A stretch of DNA of 64,000 nt, taken from assembly GCA_903871775.1 (NCBI GenBank), contig CAIQIA010000020.1, positions 26,087 to 90,086 of the forward strand, written 5' to 3'. Below the pieces are notes generated by a model. The model ran no database searches. It had not been told where the DNA came from and saw only the letters and a list, made by a program, of their open reading frames with translations. The DNA is from an uncultured cyanobacterium (GTDB lineage Bacteria; Cyanobacteriota; Cyanobacteriia; PCC-6307; Cyanobiaceae). Numbering within the stretch: position 1 is the stretch's first letter; every line of letters starts with the position of its first letter. Position numbers and translations under genes: made by a program. Below, piece by piece: positions 32,714 through 41,351 of this stretch.

Positions 32714-33099
32714 TGGGTGGGGAGGCAAGCCAACTGGACAGCCGATGCGCTCATTGGAGCGACCGGCTCGGGGTGCCTCGGGAGACAGATCGTTCAGAGG
32801 TTGAAACCTCCGGGCGAGTCCCTCGGGGAGGGTGCCTGGCTGGGACCTGACCACCGACTGAACATCCGAGAGGACGTTCCGTCGGTGCGTCGGTTTCCCG
32901 GGCCGTGATCGCGATGATCAGCGGCAGAGGCCAGAGACGATGCCCAGCTTCAGGAGGGACGTCGTCCGTATCGTCTGCTGGAGGCCCGGTTGGCGTCGGG
33001 CACAGCGTTCGATAACGCAAGCGAATAACCTAACACGTCCTATGGATGCCCATCCCTGGAGCGTTCCTGCCAGACTGCCTCCCATCGACTTGCTCAGCC

Positions 33100-33561
33100 A
33101 TGCCCCTGCTGCTCTCTGGCCGTGGCTTCCGTCGTGATCTGGAATCTGCCGGCGCTCTGGCCCTCTATGCCCCCCTGGAGGGGGGCGCGGAGACCCGGCT
33201 GATGCGGCGGCTGCGGGCCGCCGGCTTCCACACCCAGATCTCAACCTGCCGCGGCCTCGGGGATCCTGAGGCATTTCTGCTGGGGCTCCACGGCGTCCGC
33301 CCGCCCCACCTGGGCCACCAGAGCGTTGGCCGTGAGGCGGCCGTCGGTGAGGTCCAGCTTGTGATGCCCCAGCTCGGTCCGGCCCTGGCCTCGGGGCGGC
33401 CGGTGCTGCTCTGGCTGCTGGAAGGTCAGGTGCTGTCGTCGGCCGAACGCCGCAGCCTGGTGGCGCTCTGCCAACGGGTGAAGCAGCTGCATATGGTGGT
33501 CGAGATGGGTGGCGCCCGTGCCCTGCGCTGGACCCCTCTCGATGACGTCAGCGACGACTGA
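33100..33561 (+). CDS. ndhN: NAD(P)H-quinone oxidoreductase (NDH-1) subunit N
   Basis: Internal ATG 33100. The product begins [68 protein letters not shown], a typical NdhN sequence. Confidence 0.9.
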   Translation: MPLLLSGRGFRRDLESAGALALYAPLEGGAETRLMRRLRAAGFHTQISTCRGLGDPEAFLLGLHGVRPPHLGHQSVGREAAVGEVQLVMPQLGPALASGRPVLLWLLEGQVLSSAERRSLVALCQRVKQLHMVVEMGGARALRWTPLDDVSDD

Positions 33562-34588
33562 TCCCTGGATCGATCCTGACCAGGCACTGCTCCAGGGGCG
33601 CTGGCGCAAATGGATCGGTGGTGCCGGCAACCACGACCTGGCCGCCCTCGAGGACCTCGCCGGACTGACGACCCTCGCCGGCGCCCATTGCCTGGACGTC
33701 GCTTTCCATCCGGCCGCCGTTGCCGCCGTACGCCGTGGCATCCGCTGGGCCCTCGGCCAGGGGGCCCAGCGACCCCCGTGGCTGATGGTCAGCCTCAACG
33801 ACGGCGAAGATCCCCATTTTCGCAAGGCCTCCTTCGATCCTGACCGGTGCCCGACGGCCTGCCCCCGTCCGTGTGCCCGGGTCTGCCCGGCCCGTGCCAT
33901 CGGCGCCCATGGCGGCATCCTGGATGACCGCTGCTACGGCTGTGGCCGTTGCCCCGCCGCCTGCCCCCTCGGGCTGATCGTTGAAGCCCCCATCGAGCTG
34001 GATGCCGAGGCCGTCGTCGAGGGGCTGCGGCAGCTGCGGCCCGATGCCGTGGAGATCCACACCCGCCAGGGGCGCACCGATGCCTTCGCGCGGCGTCTCG
34101 AGCAGCTGGCGCGGGCAGGGGTTCCCCTGCGGCGTCTGGCCGTCAGCTGTGCCGAATCGCCGCCTCAGACCGGCGATGGGAACGTGCCCTTCGGCCCTTA
34201 CCTCTGGAGCCTGTTCGCCCTCGTGCGGGCCGGGGGGTGGCGGCCCCTCTGGCAGCTCGATGGACGGCCGATGTCAGGGGACCTGGGGGTCGGCACCGCC
34301 CGGGCCGCCGTGGATCTGCTGCGCCGCTGGCGTGGGCATCTGCCCCCGGGGCCGATCCAGCTGGCTGGTGGCACCAACGCCGCCACACTTCCCCTGCTGG
34401 CGCGGGAGGGGCTCAACCGCCCGCCCGCGGCCGGCGGCGTGGCGGGGGTGGCTTACGGCAGCAGCGCCAGGACCCTGCTGGTGCCCTGGTTGGAGCAGGC
34501 CGAGGCCCGGGGCCGGCGCCTCCTCGACTGTCGCGACCTGTGGCCGGCAGCCCTGGACCAGCTCGGCAGCCTCTGGCGGGCCCGCTGA
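33542..34588 (+). CDS. ldpA: LdpA-like iron-sulfur protein (light-dependent period modulator family)
   Basis: Two Cys clusters, [14 protein letters not shown] and [12 protein letters not shown], sit in a protein of about 350 aa whose N-terminal [13 protein letters not shown] matches what I recall of cyanobacterial LdpA. The ATG at 33542 overlaps the ndhN 3' end by 20 nt. Confidence 0.65.
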   Translation: MTSATTDPWIDPDQALLQGRWRKWIGGAGNHDLAALEDLAGLTTLAGAHCLDVAFHPAAVAAVRRGIRWALGQGAQRPPWLMVSLNDGEDPHFRKASFDPDRCPTACPRPCARVCPARAIGAHGGILDDRCYGCGRCPAACPLGLIVEAPIELDAEAVVEGLRQLRPDAVEIHTRQGRTDAFARRLEQLARAGVPLRRLAVSCAESPPQTGDGNVPFGPYLWSLFALVRAGGWRPLWQLDGRPMSGDLGVGTARAAVDLLRRWRGHLPPGPIQLAGGTNAATLPLLAREGLNRPPAAGGVAGVAYGSSARTLLVPWLEQAEARGRRLLDCRDLWPAALDQLGSLWRAR

Positions 34589-34640
34589 GGCCGTCTGGAC
34601 TGTTAGACCCTTGGCAACGCCATCCAGCGGAGGAACCCGC

Positions 34641-35969
34641 GTGTTGGGGGTCTGGGACGTCACCATCCGTGAGCACCGGGTCACGGATGATCTGCAGCGT
34701 CTGATCGACTGCCTGCCCCCCCGGCTCCAGGGTGAACTCGCCGGTCTCCGGGAGCGGGAGACCCTGCTGGAGGTGGTGATGGATCTGGGCCGTCAGCCGG
34801 AGCTGCGCACCAGCACGGGGTCCACGGTTCTGCCGCTGGCGCCCGTCAGCCGCGAGGACCTGACCTGGGTCGTGGACCGGCTGGGGGGCTTCGGCCCCGA
34901 CAACCGGGCTGGGATTGAAGGCACCCTGCACCGGATCAGCGCCCTGCGCAACCGCACGGGTGCCGTGGTGGGTCTGACCTGCCGCGTTGGCCGAGCGGTC
35001 TACGGCACCGTGGCCATGGTGCGCGATCTGCTGGATTCGGGACAGTCGTTGCTGCTGCTCGGCCGCCCCGGAGTCGGCAAGACCACCGCCCTGCGCGAGA
35101 TCGCCCGGGTGCTGGCCGATGACCTTGACAGGCGGGTGGTGGTGATCGACACGAGCAATGAGATCGCCGGAGACGGTGACATCCCCCATCCCGCCATCGG
35201 CCGGGCCCGGCGGTTGCAGGTGCCGCGTCCAGGTCTGCAGCACCGGGTCATGATCGAGGCCGTTGAGAACCACATGCCCGAGGTCATCGTCATCGACGAG
35301 ATCGGCACCGAGGCGGAGACCAGGGCGGCCCGCACCATCGCCGAGCGCGGGGTGCAGCTGGTGGCCACGGCCCACGGCAACGAACTCGCCAATCTGCTGC
35401 GGAATCCTTCGCTCCAGGACCTGCTGGGGGGCATCGAGACCGTTACCCTCGGCGATGACGAGGCCCGCCGGCGGGGCAGCCGCAAGGCGGTGCTGGAGCG
35501 GGCTGCTGACCCCACCTTTCCCTTGGCGGTGGAACTGCAGAGCCGCAGCCGCTGGCTGGTGCATCTGGATGTGGCCGGCAGCGTTGACCGGCTCCTGCGG
35601 GGAGAGCCCCCCCATCCCGAGGTGAGGGCCGCCACCCGCCCAGGGTCCGGTCGGTCGGTGCCGCTGACCCTGCCTCAGCCCGAACCCGGACCCACGGCCC
35701 CGCCGTTGAGCATCTTCTGTTGCGGCATCTCACCGCGGCTGGTGGATGAGGCGGCCGTGCGGCTCGGCTCGGACGTGCGTCTGGCCACGGACCCCGAGGG
35801 GGCCGATGCGGTGTTGGCGGGACCCCGTCAGCTGGGGTTGCAGCCGGAGATCCGCCGCCGTGCCCGTGATGCGGCGGTGCCCATCCACGTGATCAAGGCG
35901 GACAGCGGTGAGCAGGTGCAACGGGCTCTGGAACGCCTGCTGCGCCGATGCGGCCCGCCGGGGGTTTGA
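34641..35969 (+). CDS. ycf45: AAA ATPase, ycf45/SpoIIIAA-like
   Basis: GTG 34641 is preceded by GGAGGA (34629-34634) and lies in frame within ORF 33981..35969. Walker A is LLLGRPGVGKTT and Walker B is EVIVIDEIGT. ATAHG is also present. Confidence 0.8.
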   Translation: MLGVWDVTIREHRVTDDLQRLIDCLPPRLQGELAGLRERETLLEVVMDLGRQPELRTSTGSTVLPLAPVSREDLTWVVDRLGGFGPDNRAGIEGTLHRISALRNRTGAVVGLTCRVGRAVYGTVAMVRDLLDSGQSLLLLGRPGVGKTTALREIARVLADDLDRRVVVIDTSNEIAGDGDIPHPAIGRARRLQVPRPGLQHRVMIEAVENHMPEVIVIDEIGTEAETRAARTIAERGVQLVATAHGNELANLLRNPSLQDLLGGIETVTLGDDEARRRGSRKAVLERAADPTFPLAVELQSRSRWLVHLDVAGSVDRLLRGEPPHPEVRAATRPGSGRSVPLTLPQPEPGPTAPPLSIFCCGISPRLVDEAAVRLGSDVRLATDPEGADAVLAGPRQLGLQPEIRRRARDAAVPIHVIKADSGEQVQRALERLLRRCGPPGV

Positions 35970-36056
35970 CGCCAGGCCACACCGTATGGCTTGATAGTGA
36001 GCGGCAGCGGGGGCACCCTCCGCCCCACCCAGGGGATCCTCCGATCCTCCGCCCAT

Positions 36057-36128
36057 TGGGTCGTCGCCAAGCGGTAAGGCAGCGGGTTTTGGTCCCGCCA
36101 TTCCTAGGTTCGAATCCTAGCGACCCAG
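36057..36128 (+). tRNA. tRNA-Gln (anticodon UUG)
   Basis: TGGGTCGTCGCCAAGCGGTAAGGCAGCGGGTTTTGGTCCCGCCATTCCTAGGTTCGAATCCTAGCGACCCAG folds manually into a cloverleaf with anticodon loop TTTTGGT. Confidence 0.9.
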
Positions 36129-36143
36129 TTTTCAGGCTCAGCC

Positions 36144-36887
36144 GTGTTCATCACCGATTTCGACGGCGTCATCATCGACGGCATGGATGAGTACTGGTGG
36201 TCGGCACGGCGCTGTGCCATCCGCCTGGATTCCCGGCTGGGGACGCTCCCCGACGCGGTGCCCGAGATGTTCCGGTCCCTCCGTCCCCATGTGCTCGGGG
36301 GGTGGGAGATGCCGCTGCTGGCGGCGTCGATCGGGGGGCTCGGGCCTTCCCCCCAGGCGTTTGCCGCCGCCTATGGACCCAGCCTCCAGCAGGCCGTCGC
36401 GGATCTTGGCTGGGATCGTTCCGTGGCGGAGGAGGCCCTCGACGAGGTCCGCACCGATGCCGTGCGCCATGCCCGTCAATCCTGGCTGGCCCTCCACCGC
36501 CCCTACCCCTGGATGCTCGCCTTCCTGCTGCGGCTCCAGGCGGAGGGAACCCCCTGGCGGGTGCTGACCACCAAGAGTGCCGCCTTCACCGCCGAACTTC
36601 TGGCCAACCACGGCCTGGAGCCCGAACAGGTGCACGGCCGCGAGGATGGCCCCAAGCCGGCCGTGCTGGCGAGTCTGTTGCCGTCGCTTCCCCCCGAGGC
36701 GACCGTGCCGTTCGTTGAGGACCGGCTGGCCTCGCTGCTGGAGGTGCGGCAGCACCCCGACCTCAGCCATGTCCGTGGGTTTCTGGCGAGCTGGGGTTAT
36801 CTGCTGCCCGGAGACATCGATCGGGCGCCGGACCCGATCCAGGTGCTGCATCCCGAGGATCTGCAGGCCCCCCTGGCCAACTGGTGA
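36144..36887 (+). CDS. HAD superfamily hydrolase
   Basis: GTG start. FITDFDGVIIDG is the DxD motif I, and there is a later VLTTKS (motif II-like). 247 aa. Confidence 0.65.
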   Translation: MFITDFDGVIIDGMDEYWWSARRCAIRLDSRLGTLPDAVPEMFRSLRPHVLGGWEMPLLAASIGGLGPSPQAFAAAYGPSLQQAVADLGWDRSVAEEALDEVRTDAVRHARQSWLALHRPYPWMLAFLLRLQAEGTPWRVLTTKSAAFTAELLANHGLEPEQVHGREDGPKPAVLASLLPSLPPEATVPFVEDRLASLLEVRQHPDLSHVRGFLASWGYLLPGDIDRAPDPIQVLHPEDLQAPLANW

Positions 36888-37052
36888 GCGAGAGGTAGAA
36901 TACATCTGAACTAATCGGTGCCTATCCGGTGCCCTCTGCCCCTCCGGCAGTGACGCGAGCCCCCATCCGGGGACTTCATCTGTGGGGAGCCGGTCCGCCC
37001 GGCCATGCTCTGATGGCGACCCCGCTCCCGCCCCTTCGCTGCTTCCCTTTCC

Positions 37053-38201
37053 ATGTCCGCTGATTTCAGGGCTTCCCAGGCTGCAACCCCTTCCGCCGCC
37101 GAGCGGGACAAGGCCCTCGGTCTGGTGCTGAACCAGATCGAGCGCAATTTCGGCAAGGGCTCGATCATGCGCCTGGGCGACGCCTCCCGCATGCGGGTGG
37201 AGACCCTCTCGACGGGTGCCCTCACCCTGGACCTTGCCCTGGGCGGCGGGTATCCCAAGGGCCGGGTCGTCGAGGTGTACGGCCCTGAAAGCTCCGGCAA
37301 GACGACGCTCACCCTGCATGCCATCGCCGAGGTGCAGCGCCGTGGCGGTGTCGCCGCCTTCGTCGATGCAGAACATGCCCTGGATCCCGTCTATGCCGCA
37401 GCCCTGGGGGTCGACATCGAGAACCTGCTGGTCTCCCAGCCGGACACCGGTGAGATGGCGCTCGAGATCGTTGACCAGCTGGTGCGGTCCGCGGCCGTGG
37501 ACATCGTCGTCGTCGATTCGGTGGCGGCCCTGACACCCCGTGCCGAGATCGAGGGTGAGATGGGGGACCTGGCGGTGGGCAGCCAGGCCCGGCTGATGAG
37601 CCAGGCGATGCGGAAGATCACCGGCAACATCGGCAAGTCGGGGTGCACGGTGATCTTCCTGAACCAGCTCCGACAGAAGATCGGCGTCACCTACGGCAGC
37701 CCCGAGACCACGACGGGGGGCAATGCCCTGAAGTTCTATGCCTCTGTTCGTCTGGACATCCGCCGCATTCAGACCCTGAAGCGCGGCACCGAGGAGTACG
37801 GCATCCGGGCCAAGGTCAAGGTCGCCAAGAACAAGGTGGCGCCCCCGTTCCGGATCGCCGAGTTCGACATTCTTTTCGGGCGGGGCATCAGCACCCTCGG
37901 CTGTCTGCTCGACATGGCGGAGGAAACCGGCGTGGTTGTGCGCAAGGGGGCCTGGTACAGCTTTGACGGCGACAACGTCGGCCAGGGGCGTGACAACACC
38001 ATCGCCTGGCTCGAGCAGAACCCGGACCAGCGGGATCAGATCGAGCTTCTGACCCGCCAGAAGCTGACGGAAGGAGCTGATGTCACGGCCAACTCGATGA
38101 AGCCCCTGGCCGCCGCCGCCCGTCGCCAGGATCGGTCCGCCGCTGCCGCTGTTGCGGAGGTTGAGGAGGCTGAGGTCAGCTCGCTGCCTGAGGCGGGGTG
38201 A
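37053..38201 (+). CDS. recA: Recombinase A
   Basis: [58 protein letters not shown]. Confidence 0.98.
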   Translation: MSADFRASQAATPSAAERDKALGLVLNQIERNFGKGSIMRLGDASRMRVETLSTGALTLDLALGGGYPKGRVVEVYGPESSGKTTLTLHAIAEVQRRGGVAAFVDAEHALDPVYAAALGVDIENLLVSQPDTGEMALEIVDQLVRSAAVDIVVVDSVAALTPRAEIEGEMGDLAVGSQARLMSQAMRKITGNIGKSGCTVIFLNQLRQKIGVTYGSPETTTGGNALKFYASVRLDIRRIQTLKRGTEEYGIRAKVKVAKNKVAPPFRIAEFDILFGRGISTLGCLLDMAEETGVVVRKGAWYSFDGDNVGQGRDNTIAWLEQNPDQRDQIELLTRQKLTEGADVTANSMKPLAAAARRQDRSAAAAVAEVEEAEVSSLPEAG

Positions 38202-38577
38202 CCGATCGCGATGTCTCGGCCCGGTGGGGGGGGTGAACTCCCCCACGGGGATTGACGGCCGTCGACTGGCGCTGCTGAAGACTGTGGAGATGGGTGCTGA
38301 GGCGGTCCAGTTCCTGGATGGCCTCGGCGCCATCGAGGTTCACCAGTTCGATCCCATGGCGCATCTCGACCCAGCGGATGCCTCTTTCGGAGACCAGAAA
38401 GCGAACGGCATGGCCGTCCTTCAGGTCAACCACCAGCGAGGCTCCTTCGGTGCCGTCGCCGCACAGGTAGCAGGTGGCCAGCACCCCTGCCCGCCGCAGG
38501 CTCTCAGCCAGGGCCTGGAGGCTCATCACCAGGTCCGTCACCACATCGCGGTACTGCGTGGCCAGTCGGAGGAACAT
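38176..38577 (-). CDS. Conserved-looking hypothetical protein (133 aa)
   Basis: ATG start. The product begins [42 protein letters not shown] and has a globular-looking composition. It overlaps the recA 3' end by 26 nt in convergent orientation. Confidence 0.5.
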   Translation of the reverse strand: MFLRLATQYRDVVTDLVMSLQALAESLRRAGVLATCYLCGDGTEGASLVVDLKDGHAVRFLVSERGIRWVEMRHGIELVNLDGAEAIQELDRLSTHLHSLQQRQSTAVNPRGGVHPPHRAETSRSVTPPQAAS

Positions 38578-38680
38578 AAAGCTGCCGATCGTGACCCCAT
38601 TCTAAGGATTTCTTCCGTTTCCGGTCGTGGTCGGCGGGCCCGAAGTCCCGTCTGTGGGGAACTCGGCACCGACCGGAGGG

Positions 38681-38917
38681 TCAGCCGTCGGCCAGGGTCC
38701 ACCAGCCGACGGTGGGTCCGATGAAGCGGACGACGATCCAGAACAGCACCAAAGCACCGATGCCGACCCAGGCGCCGCGGGTCGTGAGGGTCACGAACTG
38801 ACGGGTCTGCTCCCGGGTGAGCGGCAGCCATTCCACGATCCGAGGGGAGTTGTCGGCCTCGGGGCGGGGCTGGCGGGGGCCCAGTCCCTGGGCCGTGCGG
38901 CGGCGAGCTTCCCCCAT
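38681..38917 (-). CDS. Small membrane protein (78 aa), hypothetical
   Basis: Internal ATG 38917 of ORF 38681..39274. The product begins MGEARRRTAQ and includes TRGAWVGIGALVLFWIVVRFIGPTVGWW (one TM helix). It fits the gap after the upstream stop at 38959. Confidence 0.5.
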   Translation of the reverse strand: MGEARRRTAQGLGPRQPRPEADNSPRIVEWLPLTREQTRQFVTLTTRGAWVGIGALVLFWIVVRFIGPTVGWWTLADG

Positions 38918-38958
38918 GGATGACGCGTCTGTGCAGGCTGCGGCCAGTCTGGCAGCGG

Positions 38959-40401
38959 TCAGGCGGGGCGCAGCTGTTCCAGCGGTTGCCAGGGGTCCAG
39001 GGCCTCCAGCACCCGCTGGCCCCAGCTGCGGCCGCGGATGCGGCCGTCCAGCAGGGCCAGGCGGCCGAAGCCCTGGTCCCGGAGGGGCGCGACCCCGCGC
39101 TGCAGGCGTTCCAGGGCCTCCGGCAGCAGCAGCTCCCGGAACCAGTCGCGCCCCTGCCGCCGCAGGGCCCCCACCCGTGCCGCCGTCAGGGGGTCTTCCA
39201 TGCTGGCGATCGGCAGCGGGCCCACCAGCAGCTGGATCGCCCCCGGCAGGGAGGCGTGGCGCTCCAGCCACCATTGCCAGCGGCAGCAGATCACGCCGTT
39301 GCTCTCCGGTGCCGTCTGTTCATGGTCCACCCGTCGTCCGAACTCGGCGGCCAGGGCGCTGGTGAGCCAGTGCCGCAGCCCTTCGTCTTCCACTAGCACG
39401 ATGGTCACCCCGGCCTGGCCGAGGATCAGGCGGCGAGCCTGGGCCAGCAGGTGTTCCGGGTAGTCGGGATGGTTGGGCAGGGGCTGGCCGGGCGGAACGT
39501 ACACCGGCAGGGGCTCCCGATCCGGTACATCCCCCAGAGGCACCACCACGGGCTGGTGCAGCCCCAGGTCGTCGAGGCGTTGCCGCTCGGGCAACCAGGC
39601 CCCCGCCAGGATCACCCCACGCCCCTGCAGCAGGCCGCCAAGGCTCTTCAGCGGCCGCAGCGGCTGGCGTTCCCAGCTCCACTGGAGCAGCCGCGGATCG
39701 ACGACGGCCCATCCGGTCCAGTCATCGCCGCCACAGTCAAGCCAGTCTTGCCAGGGCGCCGGCAGCGGCTGCTGGTCGCGCAGCAGCAACCGCAGCGGCG
39801 TCTCGTGTTCCGGCGGGATGGCCAGGCGCTGGTCGCGTCCGAGGGGTCTGGCGAGCAGCCGGCGGCTCAGCCGCTCGTGCAGGGTCAGCAGGCCCGGGCC
39901 CAGGCACGGCCGGGCCAGGGCGAGGGAATCCCAGTCCTGGGGATCGATCTTCACGCTCTGGGCCTGCCGCAGCATCGGCTCGAGCTGTTCAGCCTCGGCG
40001 CAGACCAGCTGGTGGCTGCCGAGCTGGCCAGCCCGCCAGATCTGCACCAGCTCCTGGGGCTCCATCAGCCACAGGCCCGGGGTCGGTGGTGGTGCCGTCC
40101 CTTGCCAGAGGGGACGACCCAGGCCTGCCGCGATCAGCTGGGGCCACTCCTGCCGCAGCAGCCGCTGCCGCAGGGCCGGGCTCGTGAGCAGGGCCACCGG
40201 CTGATCGCTGAGGGCGAGGGGCACCAGCAGGCTGAGCAGCCAGGGCCGGTCGCCCGCCGAGCTGAGGGGGAACAGGCTGTGGTCCCCCCGCCGCAGGCTG
40301 CGGGCCACCAGCCGCGTCAGCGTCAGGTGGTGGGGCCAGGGGCTTCCCGCCGAGGCCTGCAGCAGCCGCTTGAGACGGTCGTGGGCCTGGGCTTCGAGCA
40401 T
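38959..40401 (-). CDS. DinG/Rad3-related helicase-like protein (C-terminal helicase domain; N-terminal motifs not recognisable)
   Basis: 480 aa. The C-terminal part LLVGPLPIASMEDPLTAARVGAL..WFRELLLPEALERLQRGVAPLRDQGFGRLALLDGRI resembles the DinG Helicase_C_2 region. I see no GxxxxGK[ST] motif. Confidence 0.55.
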   Translation of the reverse strand: MLEAQAHDRLKRLLQASAGSPWPHHLTLTRLVARSLRRGDHSLFPLSSAGDRPWLLSLLVPLALSDQPVALLTSPALRQRLLRQEWPQLIAAGLGRPLWQGTAPPPTPGLWLMEPQELVQIWRAGQLGSHQLVCAEAEQLEPMLRQAQSVKIDPQDWDSLALARPCLGPGLLTLHERLSRRLLARPLGRDQRLAIPPEHETPLRLLLRDQQPLPAPWQDWLDCGGDDWTGWAVVDPRLLQWSWERQPLRPLKSLGGLLQGRGVILAGAWLPERQRLDDLGLHQPVVVPLGDVPDREPLPVYVPPGQPLPNHPDYPEHLLAQARRLILGQAGVTIVLVEDEGLRHWLTSALAAEFGRRVDHEQTAPESNGVICCRWQWWLERHASLPGAIQLLVGPLPIASMEDPLTAARVGALRRQGRDWFRELLLPEALERLQRGVAPLRDQGFGRLALLDGRIRGRSWGQRVLEALDPWQPLEQLRPA

Positions 40402-40427
40402 GGCCTGAACGAGATTCGGCGATCGTA

Positions 40428-41342
40428 ATGAGGACTCCGGAGGTCACGGTGACGGACACAACAGCGGCGGAAGCGCTCCGGACCCTGCTGGGCGGACGGC
40501 CCGTGGGCATCGTGGGCCTGGGGCTCATGGGCGGTTCCCTCGGCCTGGATCTGCAGGCCCTTGGTGTCGAGGTGCACGGTCTGGTGCGTCGTGAAGCGGT
40601 GGCCGAGAGGGCCCTGGAGCGTGGCCTCGCCAGCCGGGCGGGCACCGATCCGGCCCTGCTGGAGCCCTGTGGCCTGGTGGTGCTGGCCCTGCCGCTCGAT
40701 CTGCTGCTGCAGCCATCGCCGTCGCTGCTGGCAGCCCTGCCCGCCGCAGCCCTGGTGCTGGATCTGGGGTCGGTCAAAGCCCCGGTGCTGGCGGCGCTGC
40801 AACCGCGCCTGCCCCGCTTCGTGGGGTGCCATCCGATGGCCGGCACCGCCGAGGCGGGCGTCGAGGCCGGCCTGGCCGGGCTCTATGCGGGGCGGCCCTG
40901 GGTCATCACCCCCAGTGCTGACGCGTCTCCGGACGATCTGCACCTGGCCGAGACCCTGGCCCGGGCCGTCGGTGCCGTGCCCGTGTGCTGCGATGCGGTG
41001 GAGCACGACCAGGCCGTGGCCCTGGTCTCGCACCTGCCGGTGCTGGTGAGCGCAGCCCTGCTGCTGGCCGCCGCCGAGGGCGGGGAGCGGGCGGAGGGCG
41101 ATCTGGCGGGGCTGACGCGGCAGCTGGCCTCGAGCGGTTTCGCCGACACCACCCGGGTGGGTGGTGGCAACCCGGCCCTGGGGGCCCTGATGGCCGAGGG
41201 CAACCGCGACAGCCTGCTGGAGGCCCTGGCGCTCTACCGCCAGCAGCTGGACGGCCTCACCGCAGCCGTCACCCGCCAGGACTGGCAGGCCCTGCGCCAG
41301 GCCCTCGAGGGCAGCGCCGCGATCCGTCCAGACTTTCTGTGA
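40428..41342 (+). CDS. tyrA: Prephenate/arogenate dehydrogenase
   Basis: VGIVGLGLMGGSLGLDL (NAD(P)-binding fold) and LDLGSVKAPV..FVGCHPMAGT. Confidence 0.85.
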   Translation: MRTPEVTVTDTTAAEALRTLLGGRPVGIVGLGLMGGSLGLDLQALGVEVHGLVRREAVAERALERGLASRAGTDPALLEPCGLVVLALPLDLLLQPSPSLLAALPAAALVLDLGSVKAPVLAALQPRLPRFVGCHPMAGTAEAGVEAGLAGLYAGRPWVITPSADASPDDLHLAETLARAVGAVPVCCDAVEHDQAVALVSHLPVLVSAALLLAAAEGGERAEGDLAGLTRQLASSGFADTTRVGGGNPALGALMAEGNRDSLLEALALYRQQLDGLTAAVTRQDWQALRQALEGSAAIRPDFL

Positions 41343-41351
41343 CCCCGCCGG

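Noticed and set aside
33038-33049. The 12-nt string gtcctatggatg is shared between the rplC/ndhN spacer and the vapB upstream region (46793-46804)
   Set aside because: Dozens to hundreds of 12-mer coincidences are expected in 64 kb, and the similarity does not extend beyond the 12 nt.
36138-38333. A 731-aa minus-strand ORF spanning the HAD gene and recA
   Set aside because: It lies antisense to two well-supported genes and has a low-complexity G/R/P/A-rich translation.
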